In this document: one piece after another, positions 33,438-45,396 of the stretch
How positions within the stretch are numbered: position 1 is the stretch's first letter
Layout of the letters: every line of letters begins with the position of its first letter
NCBI GenBank assembly: GCA_977018835.1
Contig: OZ361256.1
Coordinates: 5,580,001 to 5,644,000 of the forward strand
Source of the DNA: Minutocellus sp. GHC0000111
Taxonomy: Eukaryota
DNA length: 64,000 nt
Reading direction: 5' to 3'
Notes under the pieces: model-generated
Database searches by the model: none
Seen by the model: the letters and a program-made list of their open reading frames with translations, nothing else
Told to the model about the DNA's origin: nothing
Made by a program: the position numbers and the translations under genes

Positions 33438-34663
33438 TTAGGCTGCTGTCTCATATCCGAACTCTCTCCTTTTCTCGGCGACTGCATCTTGCGCCAACAA
33501 GTGGGAATTGCCTTCCGGAACGGCAGGATTGCCTTGATGTACCCATATTTGGCCAATCATCTTTTCATCCACCGCAATCTCACCCTTGTGCAGAGTTCGG
33601 TCATCCGCCCGTCCGTCAGCAAATGCCGGGAAGAAAAGCAGTGCGGATCCCTTCGTTGGTCTCATTGACAGAGTATTTCCCCAACCATCGCGCAAGTCAC
33701 GGAATTCCGTCGCACCACCCCTGTTTTCGTCGATCGTTCGCAAATACACGAGCAGAGTGGCTACGCGATTCCCTCCGTTTCGATCCAATTCCTCGTCTGG
33801 AAGGGCGTCATAATGATAAGAGAACTGTTCGCCGGTCTTATATCGAACAAGCTGGGGCTCTTCGATGCGTTCAATTGGAAGGTTGTCAAGTAGGCGGCTG
33901 GTCTTGGCAAGCAGGGTTGGCACCTGACGATAGTGTAAGAACCACGTTGTTGACGTGCGTGTGGCGAGACTAAGTGAAAAGGTCTTGCTATCAACCATCA
34001 GCGCACCGTCACCATTCGTTTCATCTTGTGATGATAGTCCAATGTATTCATCGCATTCCTCGTCAGTGAAAAAGTTGTCAATGGCCAACACCGGCGGTGA
34101 TCTATGCAGCAGCCGCAACTTCATCGGTGCTGCACCGTTCGCTGGATTCTTCTCCTTGCAGGTTGCATCGTCAAACAAGTCAAAGTTGAATTGCACGTGA
34201 TCCTTCATCGCCGTTCGAATATCTGCCATGGTGATTGCTTCGTCTTCTTTTACACTGATCAAATCCGTATCTGCTGGGAGAGGAGGAAACACATCGTCCT
34301 CGGTGGGGATGGGAAGACCAAATCGATCGAGCTGTGGTTCATCGGCAGCATTATTATCAGAAGACTTCGTCTCCTGCTTGGAAGACGCCAATAATGATTC
34401 CATTTCGCTCCGTTTTCTCTTTTTGGCAGCCTTCTTTTTGGACGGAGCCGAGGTTCCACCGCTACCAAAACCTCCACCGCCACCGAAACCACCTCCTGAC
34501 TTTTTCTTGGCATATGCGGTTTGTGCGGACAGCCGACGCAGACGTGGTGGAAAAGGAGAACCTGAAAGAGGATACCGGGCAATGAATGCATCTGCCCCTT
34601 GATAATAGGGGGGAGAACCGACGCAACTGCGCCGATGGCGGCCGCCGAGTTGGAGAACTTCAT
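33438..34663 (-). CDS. Prolyl 4-hydroxylase-like 2OG-Fe(II) dioxygenase, probably plastid-targeted; frameshift at 34608-34613
   Basis: 'RTSTT', 'EEPQLVRY..GE.F..HYD', 'RVATLLVYL', 'GGAT.F', 'LH.G', 'K'. ATG at 34663 (MKFSNSAAAIGAVASVLP) joins 'YQGADA-F' if C6 is C7. Confidence 0.88.
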
Positions 34664-34838
34664 GGTCTCCTTGCGCTTGTTGCATTTTGAGCCAAGCAGA
34701 CAATTGAAGCAGAGGCCAAGAAGCAAAGTACGTCATGGGCAATAATTTCTGTATCATCATCACAAATGAAATTGTCCCAACATGGCGCGCGCGCCAATCA
34801 TTTTTTCGGCTGTCCATTCATTCTTCTGGATCAACAAG

Positions 34839-34861
34839 CAATTCAATTCAATTCAATTCAA
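34839..34861. repeat. (CAATT)4 repeat in a divergent promoter
   Basis: caattcaattcaattcaattcaa between the P4H and G-patch starts. Confidence 0.8.
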
Positions 34862-34971
34862 AATTTTACTTTAGAAGGATTCTAACTGGACTAACGCCTT
34901 TATCGTCACTGCTCCGAGAGCTCCTAGGGTGAGCTAGCTGAGGAGTTGGTTCTGAGGATCAACAAGCAACC

Positions 34972-35883
34972 ATGGCGTACGCGGACCTGGCAACGAAGAA
35001 GACGATGGCGCGCCTATCGGCGTCGCTCAACGAATCGGCATCGGACGCATCTCACATGAAGCAGTCCTCCTTTGCCCGGAAGCAACTTGAGAAAATGGGA
35101 TGGTCCGAGGGGACTGGACTGGGAAAGAAGCGAGATGGCATGGTCACACACATCCGAACCAAGAAGCGAGAGGAGTCCGTAGGCTTGGGCGGGGAGAAGA
35201 AAATCGTCGAAGAGCAGTCCGATATGTGGTGGAGTGATTCCGTTGGCAACACATTGGCGCGGCTGCAGCAAGCGAAGAAGCGAAAGAGCATGTCTAGCGA
35301 TAACGGTAGTGACGATGATGATAGCAAGGCCAAAAAGAAGGCAAAGAAGAAGAGCAAGAAGTCCAAATCCAAATCTGATGAGAAGGAGAAGAAACGCTCC
35401 AAGAAGAAGAAATCCAAAGATAATGACAGTGGTGAGGTCAAAACATACACCGATCAGGAACTCTTTGTGGCAACCGGTGGCGCTCGATTCGGTATGAGAG
35501 CCCAGCGACGAGCTGAAGGAAAGTGGGCTCGTACTGAAAGCGGGTCCAAATTATGGGAAGAGGAGGAAGAGGCTCGAAAGAAGATCGAATGGAATGGCCT
35601 TGGCAATGCAAAACTACTCCTCGAAAATGCTGTTGGTGGGAAGGGTGGCAAAAGTGACAGTAGTAACAGTGATGACAACGATAGTAGTGCGAGTGGCAGC
35701 GCCAAGGACGAGCCTGTTGTCATTGAGGAGATAAGTCACACAAAGACATCCACAAAAGAGAAGAAGGCAAAAGCTTCAAAGAAACGCAAGGAAGTAGAAG
35801 ATGGTGGCGGTGATGCCAAATCATCCGGAAAAAAGCGACGAAAGAAGGAGAAGAAGAAGGCCAAAAAGGCAAAGACAAGCTAG
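34972..35883 (+). CDS. G-patch protein, PinX1/Pxr1-like
   Basis: 'FARKQLEKMGWSEGTGLGK..DG....I......GLG', 'WW', 'DQELF..TGG', K-rich tail. Confidence 0.88.
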   Translation: MAYADLATKKTMARLSASLNESASDASHMKQSSFARKQLEKMGWSEGTGLGKKRDGMVTHIRTKKREESVGLGGEKKIVEEQSDMWWSDSVGNTLARLQQAKKRKSMSSDNGSDDDDSKAKKKAKKKSKKSKSKSDEKEKKRSKKKKSKDNDSGEVKTYTDQELFVATGGARFGMRAQRRAEGKWARTESGSKLWEEEEEARKKIEWNGLGNAKLLLENAVGGKGGKSDSSNSDDNDSSASGSAKDEPVVIEEISHTKTSTKEKKAKASKKRKEVEDGGGDAKSSGKKRRKKEKKKAKKAKTS

Positions 35884-36218
35884 CTAGCGGCCTTCTTACT
35901 TCGTAGTGTTGATCCCTTCACATATAACACAAGGAGCATTACCATCCCTGAAATCAAATATGTATAACATGTAGTGTGAAGTCTCTAATCCACTTTCTTT
36001 ACAACTAGACTAAAATAGAGATAGGATGGGATGGGCCTGGTGTAGGATTGGGTGGGAGCGATGAATTCATCTTTCTGTGCGACCGCGCCGAAATAATATA
36101 CAATAGTTGGTGACAATTGCGGTATACAGAGATCCCTTTTGTCTCTTTTTTCTTTTTCATTTCCTCGTTCTCTATCCACAAAACAACCAAATGTACTGCA
36201 ATCTCCCGGTGGCGCCAA

Positions 36219-37735
36219 TCAAGGCATTCTCATGTCGCCACGTCCGGAATGCTGCTTTGCAATTTTGGCGTAATCATCTCCCAGGCAAGTGAGAATATCA
36301 CTCCAAAGATCCTCCTGGTTGTCGTTGGCATCGATAGGAGCACCAGCATATCGAAGGATAAGGTCGGCCGAAACAGCACAGGGGTACCAAACGCCCTTGG
36401 CAATCTCCCGCCCGAGCTGTCCCGGCACCCAGGCCGCATGGCCCTTGACGAACAGAGCCTTCTGAGGCGACAGGTTGTGACGACGGACCTCGTTCATCAG
36501 CTCCTCCGATCCACCGACGAAAACACCAGGAGCAACCTTCTTCGCCCCTTCAACCTCGCCATATCCATGCAAGATCGAGTATTCCTCGGCCAGGACAGGA
36601 CCGCCGTACGACACAGTCGCTTTGTTGAAGGCCATCTTGAGCGATAGGTCGACATTTGAGGGGGTTTCGGACGCAATCTTTTGCAGATTGCCCTGCATGG
36701 GTCTGCAATCATTGGAAAGAACATATGTGAAGCTCTATTAGTAGGTGTGTATTTTCAATATGTGTTTGTGGTCACTTCGCACAATTGGTTCGGGCTTTGC
36801 TCTCGGCATTTTCATGTCGAAAAACTTACCGATTGATGACAATACCAGTCGAGCCGCTGGAATCGTTGTGGTCGATGATCAGGACGACCGTCTGGTGGAA
36901 CACACCGCGAAGACGCTCGTTGGCAACCAGAACACAGCCGGGCTCAATGTGCGGAATCTACGACCCATGCAAGGGACAGAACGAGATGCAAAGTGATACT
37001 TGTGAGATGATGTGTGATTGAGAATTCCTAACTTATACGATCTCCACGAATATGCCCATGTTTGTTGATCAACTGATCAAAGGAACTTACCGGGTGGGCC
37101 CAGCGGTGCTTGTCAAGCTTGTTCTTTGGCTGGACGACGGAGGGCAGCTCGGCCTCGGACAGGAAGGGGTCGTCCACAAGAACACCATTCGGGAGGGTCG
37201 AGGATGCGGTGGCACCACCGACGGCATCGCCGTCAAAGATGGAGCACTCCTCCTCGTCGTCCTCGTTGCAGATGGCGTTGACCTTGGCCTGCTCCGCCTC
37301 TTCCTTGTTGCTGCGAAAGATGGACGAGATGGCCCCCGCGAACAGATTGCCCATGGTGTTCTGCCTGTCGAGCCGCTCGTCGTAGGTGGTGCTGCTGCCG
37401 TCGGCCGAGTCATTTATGCCACTTATGGGTTGGCCATTGGCGGCGGCCTCCTTGGCCTCGGCCGCCTCGTTCATGACCAGGTGGGCGCGGAAGGCCCTCC
37501 AATCTCGGTCCATGAGGTCCTCGAGCTCGCGTTCCATACGGGCGCGGTCGGGATTCTTGGCGTGGAGTTTGGTCTTGGACGAAGAGGAAGCTGAAGCGGA
37601 GGCGGCGGCAATGCACGACGCGCTCGAACATGTGCTGGGACTGCTACTTCTCGGTGCGGTAAAGGCTGCGACTCCAGAGGAGGATGGGCTTTGAAAGGCC
37701 AGGAGGACGGCACAATACACAGATCTTGGCAACAT
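36219..37735 (-). CDS. DUF179 (YqgE/AlgH) family protein, plastid-targeted; introns 36958-37090 and 36703-36829
   Basis: '[10 protein letters not shown]', 'RWAHP', 'EPGCVLVA', 'YGGPV', '[12 protein letters not shown]'; 'VAA-F' motif; GTAAGT donors. Confidence 0.88.
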
Positions 37736-38235
37736 TTTGTATAAATAACTATCGGCGGACAAAACAAAGATATGGAGCGGGTTCTTGCGAGGATTTTTCT
37801 GCTGTCGAGAATTTTTGTGCCAGACGGAACTTTTGGATACGGGGACTGTTGGAATTATACGAAAGTCGTCGGATCGAAGCGACGATGCGTCAAATACGTT
37901 CAAATGGACTCTATTGAGAAGATTTGCGCACGGTGGGGAGGCGCAAGTGTTGTTTGATATGCCAACAAGAGGCAGGAATTATGGCATAAAATGCCGAGAG
38001 AGAAGAAAACCAAAGCCGAACCTCGAAAGCCGGCCCGGGTTGCGCCATCTGTCTAAAAAGTACATCATTGCCTAAATCTGAATTAGTTAGTCGAGTTTGT
38101 CAATCTGAAGAAAGCTCATAACCAATACTCAGCGAAACCAACGCTCGCTCACACACGTAGGCCTACCTAGGCCTAGGTACTTGCGTCACGGGATTACCCG
38201 ACCCATCAATAGTCAAAAATACCGTTCTTGCAACC

Positions 38236-38889
38236 ATGGTGAAGACCGCTTGCCTTCTCGCCACGGCCGGCACCGTTGCCGCCTTCACCTCCAATAGCGC
38301 CATCGACAGACCGACGCGGGTGTCCCAGTCGGCTCTCTTCGGCGGTGCGTCCGGTTACGCCACCTCCCCCGCTGGGAAGGAGGCGCGCGTCGCCGACCTC
38401 AAGGAGCGCATCGATGCGTCTCAGATGGTCTTCACCTGCCCCGCCGGCGGCCTCACCGTCGCCGAGACCCAGTCCCTCCGCCGCTCCCTCCCCGAGGGAT
38501 CGACCGTCTCCGTTGTAAAGAACACCCTCATGTCCCGCGCCCTGGAGGGCACCGACTACGACGTCGCCTCCGAGCTCGCCAAGGGACCCAACATGTGGTT
38601 CTTCATCGAGGACGACATCGGAGGCACCATCAAGGCCTTCAACTCCTTCGCCAAGGACTTCGACAAGAAGGAGTCCCACGCCATCCGCGGCGGTGCCATG
38701 GAGGGCACCGTCTACGACGCCGCCGGAGTCAAGGCCATCGGCGACCTCCCCTCCAAGGACGAGCTCATCGCCCGGATCGCCGGCGGCATCAACGCCGTCC
38801 CGACCAAGCTCGCCCGGGTCGTCAAGGCCCCCAACAGCAAGCTCGCACGGGCAATCAAGCTGGCCACCGAGGAGAACTCGTCCGAATAA
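38236..38889 (+). CDS. rpl10: Plastid 50S ribosomal protein L10 (nucleus-encoded)
   Basis: 'GLTV.E...LRRSL', 'VVKNTL..RAL', 'LPSKDELIA.IAG.IN..PTKLAR'; 'VAA-F' targeting motif; strong C-ending codon bias. Confidence 0.95.
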   Translation: MVKTACLLATAGTVAAFTSNSAIDRPTRVSQSALFGGASGYATSPAGKEARVADLKERIDASQMVFTCPAGGLTVAETQSLRRSLPEGSTVSVVKNTLMSRALEGTDYDVASELAKGPNMWFFIEDDIGGTIKAFNSFAKDFDKKESHAIRGGAMEGTVYDAAGVKAIGDLPSKDELIARIAGGINAVPTKLARVVKAPNSKLARAIKLATEENSSE

Positions 38890-39367
38890 TCGGAACGCGT
38901 GTTGGGTTTTTTGTTATATATATAGTCAACCTAATGCCAATAAAGAAAAGAAAAACTTGTTTCATTACTACATCAACACTCACGAGGTGCAGAGGATAAT
39001 TTATTTACGTGTAGATGGTACTGCTGGAGTCCGTCGAGTGGCCGGGCGAGACCGAATGGCCTATCGTAGCTCTATTACTTAGTATGTAGCACCCGTGCAT
39101 GTATGCCTGAATCCACTGCCGTATCTTTTCGCCTCCTCCCTGATGAAAGCAGGGCAAGAAAGATAGATGCTTTTCGAGCAGAGCTCCTTTCTGCTTTGGG
39201 TGCCGAGAGGTGCTACGACGAAAGTAATACCCACTGTTCTGATAACCTTGAATTATAGGCTACATTGAAAGTAGAATTGTGGCTGACATTGTCGATACCT
39301 ACTAATACACTTGCGAATGTATTGCTGACATATTACTTTAGCAACGCGGGAACGTCTACCTTCGTAC

Positions 39368-39505
39368 CTGTAACCGCCCTCGGGCAAATTACTTCGTAAT
39401 TTGCGCCCTCGGGACCTCGGTTACATAAATAACGCCCTTGGTAAATTTTTGCGAGCTCTTCCGAGCGAAAAATATAAAATACATCTGGGTCGTTATTATA
39501 AGTAA
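39368..39505. repeat. Dispersed 138-bp double-hairpin element, copy 2
   Basis: Aligns with 3967..4104; bracketed by a 13-bp direct repeat at 39360-39372 and 39519-39531. Confidence 0.85.
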
Positions 39506-39539
39506 TCGGAGGGTATCGCTTCGTACCTGTAGTAGCCAT

Positions 39540-40463
39540 TCAGCATCGCATCCTTTCTACCATACCACTGCGACGCGCAGGTGAGATATCGCCGTGGCCA
39601 TGCTTCTCCCTTCCCTCGCTCTTGACCTCTTGTTGAGATTCGTGGCAGATTCGGAAGGCTTTGTCGAGATCTTCTTTGCTGATGAATTCCTTCCCAGGCA
39701 ATTCACCATCAGCAATGTAGATTCTTTTGAGCTGGTTGAGGGAAATTTGATTTCCAGCCGCAGCTGCTATCTTCCAATGGCGTATCCCCCTTTCGCGGTT
39801 GCCCTTGTCAAAGTATTCGTAACATCCCAATAAGTTACGCGCTATAATGCACCCTTTCGCTGCGCCCATTCTATCGAACACGTTGGCCTTTTCCTTATCA
39901 ACCGACACAACGACACCCTCAGCAAAATAATTCGCAATGTTGTTGTATGATTCTGTGCAGCCGACTTCAGCAGCCCTGATCCAATAATGAAGAGCCTTTA
40001 GCTCATCAATAGGGGGGTAATAATCCTCGCGTCGGTCTGTATAAATGTTACCCAGGGCATAACATGCCATGGGATCATTTTGAGCATAGCAGCTCTCGCT
40101 TCGAGACGATTAAGGGACTCTTCAAAAGTGGGCAGCGGTTCTCTGCAGAAAGGACAGGCGCGGGGAATCTTTTTCTTGCCCTTCTTTCCAGCATCCATTT
40201 CATTTTGCTTCATGATATATTCGTCATTCTCAATGGCACATCCTGTACAAACTTTTATCCCACAGCAGGCCTGGTATGCGGATCTGTTCGGAACGCGCGA
40301 GCACGGTAAGCAACAGATGGGACAGTCCTCGGTCGGTGGGAGTGGTGCAAACAAGTCAACCCCGCGGATCCTCTTCTAGCTTTTTAACCAGCAGGTCGAG
40401 CCGCTTGCATACATCTTTCTTATTGAGCTTGCCGGCCCGCGCCTTCTTGCCCTTCTTGCCCAT
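39540..40463 (-). CDS. RING-like zinc finger plus Sel1-repeat protein; two frameshifts (~40370, 40078-40081), so a pseudogene or assembly error
   Basis: 'DLFAPLPPTEDCPIC', 'CCG..VC.GC', 'CPFCR' then Sel1-like repeats 'ALHYW.RAAE.G', 'HWKIAA.AG'. Confidence 0.8.
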
Positions 40464-40615
40464 GTTGAGAAAAATGAGCGCCGAGCGATGAACAGATACG
40501 GCAGTAGATTTGCAGTTAGCAAGTTATGTTCCGGGTTCTTTTTTGTCGGCAATCGCAAGACAGCAAGACAGGAAGCTCAAGTCCTCAAGCAAGGCCGTCT
40601 CAGGTCTCTCAGATG

Positions 40616-40736
40616 ACGGTTGGCCGAGAGCGGCATTGTTTCCACGCTGGTGCCGCTAGTAGTACTTCCTGCTCATCACGGTTGGCCGAGAGCGGCATTG
40701 TTTCCACGCTGGTGCCGCTAGTGCTTCCTGCTTGTC
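40616..40736. repeat. Two-copy 62-bp tandem repeat in a divergent promoter
   Basis: acggttggccgagagcggcattgtttccacgctggtgccgctagt starts at 40616 and 40678. Confidence 0.95.
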
Positions 40737-40778
40737 ATTACCAGCGAGTAAATTTATTTATAACATCAATACATCAGC

Positions 40779-42155
40779 ATGACTCCTGAATCCATCATCC
40801 TTGAAAAGCGCAACAACAAGCGTCCCAACACGCGTGACGAGATGTGCCACTTCATCGACTCCTTCATCGATGGGTCCGGCAACGTGAAGGACTATCAAAT
40901 GACAGCGTGGATGATGGCCATATGTCTCAACGGAATGACACCGGAGGAGACCGCCCACCTCACTAGTGCCATAGTGAAATCGGGAGAAGTGCTGGACTGG
41001 ACCTCGTTCCCGGACGATGTCAAGCTTGTGGACAAACACAGCACAGGAGGAGTCGGCGACAAGATTTCGTTGATATTGGCTCCTCTCGTGGCATCCTTTG
41101 AGGGTGTGAAGGTCCCAATGATGGCCGGACGTGGACTGGGCCATACCGGTGGAACCATTGATAAGCTTGAGGCCATTGGGATGCGAACCAACTACACATG
41201 TGATGAATTTCGCGAGTTGGTGGCGTCGGTGGGAGCTGCAATTGTGAGCCCGAGTCAGAGCATGGTTCCAGCAGATAGAAAGATGTATGCCCTGCGAGAT
41301 GTGACGGGTACCGTTACGAGCCTTCCGTTGCAAACATCATCCATCATGTCAAAGAAACTTGCCGAGAATCCGCATTCGTTGGTACTGGACGTGAAATTTG
41401 GTGAGGCGGCTTTTCAGGACAGTGCCGCGGATGGCATTGAACTGGCAAAAAGTTTGATTGCCGCCGGTGAGGGAGGGGGCAAGCAGACCACAGCTTTTGT
41501 CACGAGAATGGACCACCCGATTGGCAACGCTGTAGGAAATTGGCTCGAAGTAAAAGAGTGCATTGTGACGATGAAATCGGGAAAGGGCCCTACTGATTTG
41601 GTCAATCTGTGCCTCGTTGAGGCTGCCCAGATGCTCCTACAGAGTGGAGCTGTGCCTTCCAAAACTTTGCGTGAGGGTATTAAAATGGCACGAACAAATC
41701 TGGAGAATGGCAAGGCTTTTGCCAAATGGCGTGAAATGGTGATTGCCCAGGGAGGTGATGTTAGCGTCGTGGATGATGTTGAGAGCTATCCATCAAAAGC
41801 TAATTTCTCTATGGATGTGATTGCGGAAAGTGATGGCTATATTGCTAATATCAATGCCATGGAGGTTGGACTGACGGGGGTTGACGTCGGTGCAGGTCGA
41901 AAGACATCTGACGATGATATTGATTTTACCGCTGGTATTTATTTTCACAAAAACGTGGGAGACCAAGTCAACGCCGGCGGCGATGCAGTTGCCACCGTCT
42001 ATGGAAGCGACGCCGAAGTAGTGGAAAATGCGGCGAATCAGATCGCCAAGTCCATATCATATCAAGCAACAAAAGTGGTGGTACCAGACCTCATCACTCA
42101 CTTTGTCACCAAAAATTCGGTCGAGGAGTTCGATATGACGCTTCTAGCTAGGTAA
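40779..42155 (+). CDS. pdp: Pyrimidine-nucleoside/thymidine phosphorylase
   Basis: 'DKHSTGGVGDK', 'GRGLGHTGGTIDKLE', 'PAD.KMYALRDVTGTV', 'SSIMSKKLA', 'GAGR'. Confidence 0.95.
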   Translation: MTPESIILEKRNNKRPNTRDEMCHFIDSFIDGSGNVKDYQMTAWMMAICLNGMTPEETAHLTSAIVKSGEVLDWTSFPDDVKLVDKHSTGGVGDKISLILAPLVASFEGVKVPMMAGRGLGHTGGTIDKLEAIGMRTNYTCDEFRELVASVGAAIVSPSQSMVPADRKMYALRDVTGTVTSLPLQTSSIMSKKLAENPHSLVLDVKFGEAAFQDSAADGIELAKSLIAAGEGGGKQTTAFVTRMDHPIGNAVGNWLEVKECIVTMKSGKGPTDLVNLCLVEAAQMLLQSGAVPSKTLREGIKMARTNLENGKAFAKWREMVIAQGGDVSVVDDVESYPSKANFSMDVIAESDGYIANINAMEVGLTGVDVGAGRKTSDDDIDFTAGIYFHKNVGDQVNAGGDAVATVYGSDAEVVENAANQIAKSISYQATKVVVPDLITHFVTKNSVEEFDMTLLAR

Positions 42156-42235
42156 TGTATATAGGGCAGTCTAAAAGATGTCTACACCAGCTCAATTTTA
42201 TATATACTATTCTATTCGGTACAAGCACGCCCTTC

Positions 42236-44352
42236 TCAAACCTGAAAGCACTGCCTATCTCGGTTGCAGCAGACATTGCAGCAAGAGCAGATTACCATCT
42301 GGGTCCCTCGGCCTTCGCCGTCGAAGCAATCAGATCGGAAATTTTGTATTTCGATCTGGCACATGTGATCTACAGTTCCCGAAAGTTCATTATCGTGCAG
42401 ATACAGAGTGTGAATGTCACTTAGCTGCGAAAATCTGCCCGGCACCTGGCCCTGGAGCTTATTACGGTACAAACTGAGCACCTTGAGCTTGCGCAGGGTA
42501 GCCAGCTCGGCAGGGATCCTTCCAAATAAATTATTCTGCCATAGAGCTACGGTCGTTATCATGCCATCCCGGTCGCACTGTCCAGCTCCTGAAAAGTACC
42601 CTCGATCATCAACGCTGTTCCATTCGCATTCGTCTTCGCCAGATAAAAAGTTGTGGGAAGACACCCATGTCTCGCCACCAGTGGCGTAGAACAGAACCGT
42701 GAGGGCAAATCTTTGTGCAATCTTGTTCGTCTCGGCCGCGCTGCGTGGTGGTTCCAGCTGCAAGGGATCTTCGTACACCATCCAATTGAGTGCTCGACTT
42801 TGGGGGCTCCGAACGTCGTCAAAGGCATCGCGAGGCTCGATGATGCCACGTAGAATGTCCTTGAAACCAGCCTCCCGCGTGGAAAAGTCGGATCCACCAT
42901 CCCTACCGGCCGAAGCAACGGTGCCACCACCACTACTACCACCCGCCATGCCAACGGAGGTATCAGGCACGACGTTGGAGTACACACTCATCTTGCGGCT
43001 GACCATGAGCCAACCATATCCACAGCACGCAAATACACCCACCAGGACGGTAATACCGAGCAATATCTTGCGATTCTGAAGTTGTGCGGGCGATATGTAT
43101 TCCCGCATTTCGTCCTGACCGACGGCCGATGAAATCGCCATTGGGAGTGGACCCGACGGTGACGGCGGTGCTTGATGCTGCTGTTGGCTGGTGCCAAAGC
43201 TTGGAGCATGATACGTCGAGGGCGCCATGCTCATTCCACCAGTATTGCGGCTCGATGGTGCGCTCCTTGCGGCGGAGAGAGCCGGTCTTTGTCCTGCCAT
43301 CTGTTGCTGGTTTGACTGTCCGATGGGTGGCAAATTCTGTGGCCGTCGATCGGCAACATTGCGTTGGCTCGGTTGTGACTGCGCCCGCGATGCGTCCATC
43401 CTTCTTGTTGACTTTGCTGGCATAGAGCTATTCATCACATCTCTCCGCGACGGCTGCTGTCTCTGGGCACTGCTATTGAAATTGCTGCTTCTACCCGATT
43501 TCGAAGGTGCTGCCATCGATGGTTCGTCTTCGTATCCCTCATCGACCGAGTGGAGAGGCTGACGACTGCTGACCTCCCGACTTAATCGCTCTACTCTATC
43601 CTTCGCCGCCATCTGTGGATCGGTGGCACTTCCCACGGCACTGCCAGCGGTTGCCGCCAGAGCCTTCATCCTCAGCTGCTGTTCTTCCTCCTCTTCGGTG
43701 AGACCACTGCCACCGCTTCGGCCGGACAGCTGCCGCGGTTGGAAGCGTTTGGACCCCTCCTGCGCCGAATGGACGTAGTTGGCAGCCTGCCGTACCACCG
43801 AGTTGGTCATGCCGGTGGCGATGGACGTGTCGCTGCTGTTGCCGCCTCGTGTTTTGCTGCTTCGTCTGGCACCACCGCCGCCGCCGCTCCCCCATGGGGC
43901 CTTCATCAGGAACGACCCGACGGCACTCTGCTGACCAACGACGGTCGACGGCCCAAGCATTGTGGATTCTTTGCCCGACCCAAAACCAGATCCGGAATGG
44001 CGCGAACCAACACCGGACCCAGATCCCGAATGACGAGACTGGCCAGCTATCGATACCGACCCCGCTGCGTTGGCGCCGGGACCGTATCCAGATGACGCCG
44101 CGGGAGGTGGTCCGGCACCGCTGTTCCGCCCGCCGCTGCTCCGTGTAATCTTGGATGCTGCCTTGAGGTCGGTGATTTGACTGAATCCACCCTCGGTAAA
44201 TACCGTCCGATCGTCGGATTGCGCTGTCGACGGGCATCGGCCGCGGCCTGCTGGGCTCTTGCCGACTTCATCCGCTCCAAGATCTGCTCTCGCTCGCGAT
44301 CGAGGTCGTCGGCCGTCAAGGTCGGGGGGAAGTTCATGTTGCGCTTTGACAT
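42236..44352 (-). CDS. Single-pass membrane LRR protein (diatom-expanded type); frameshift near 44232
   Basis: Disordered N-terminus, TM, 'SPQSRALNW..ED', 'QRFAL..L.YAT.G..W', 'ECEW', plant-type LRRs, 'C.CC..C' end. Confidence 0.85.
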
Positions 44353-45331
44353 TGTGGCTTACTCATTGGTGTTGTGTTGTTCTTTGGTGCCGCCTTTGGA
44401 TGGGGGGAAATGTGTATGAAGCCAACAGCAGCAGAGAGACGGCACAACTTGTGCAGCGATCGATGAGATGGATACGCCGCGACGGAACAGAGCAGCGCAA
44501 CGACTGCACACTCGTGGTCTACGAGATGCCTGAGGTGTGTCGCTGTGCAAGGGAAGAAAACGCCAATGCAATGAGTTCGATGATGGGAGCTGGCGGCGGC
44601 AAGTTGATTATGGCCATGCATGGTTGTGGAATGACCCCTGTCTTTCAAATTGACAAAGAGTTATCAATTTTTTGGAGGATTGGTAAAAACGTTAGTGCAG
44701 TCAGACTTTTGAAGCACGGTCAGGGCCCTGGAATTGGGGCGATGTCTGGCCCGGCAAAGACGAGTGGCGGTGGCGGCACGTTTCCTCTTTCTTTTCATGG
44801 ATGTAGCTAGGGCCAGGAATAGTTTTACTGTCCTTGTGGAGGCACATGCACTCCAGGTATCTTGCCATTCATCATCCTTCCTTTTGAAGATCTCCCCTTG
44901 CTGCTGCTGCTGCTGCTACATGCATGCACACACGTGTTTTTGCAGCTTTCAGTTTGTCGAGAAGGCCGTTTGCCAGCCAGAGATTTTGCTTTGAGTGCGA
45001 GCTTTGTTGGCACTACTCGTTCGTCGGGTGCTGGCAGTTTGAGCTTGAACGTCTTGTTGTCGAGAACTAGATTGACTCTTGAGTGTTCTGACTGACTGAT
45101 TCGATGGTGTGTAGCCATGCTTTTGTTGTCTCAGCTCGTGGTTGTCTCAGGACGGCGTGGAACATGGTTGGTTCCCCGGGAGGCACAAGTTGCAGCGTCC
45201 TGCTCCACCTGAGCGACACCTCTCGAATTCGTTCAACGCAGAGTCGAACAAACTCTGATGGGATTCGGGTTCAGGTGCGAACCAAGACATCGAGCGGAAA
45301 TGGCAGGCTTTACATAATTTGGTGTTCCCTA

Positions 45332-45396
45332 GCTGCTGTGGCAGTGTGGTAACACGCGCGTCACTGGTTCGAGTCCAGTGTGTCACTTTTAGCAGC
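45332..45396 (+). ncRNA. tRNA-like element without an anticodon arm (pseudo-tRNA or small Pol III RNA)
   Basis: A-box-like TGGCAGTGTGG, perfect B-box GGTTCGAGTCC in a 6-bp stem, closing stem GTGGCA/TGTCAC, then TTTT. Confidence 0.45.

Noticed and set aside
39333..39539. 68-aa ORF over the 138-bp element
   Set aside because: The second copy is frameshifted and stops early; conservation follows stems, not codons.
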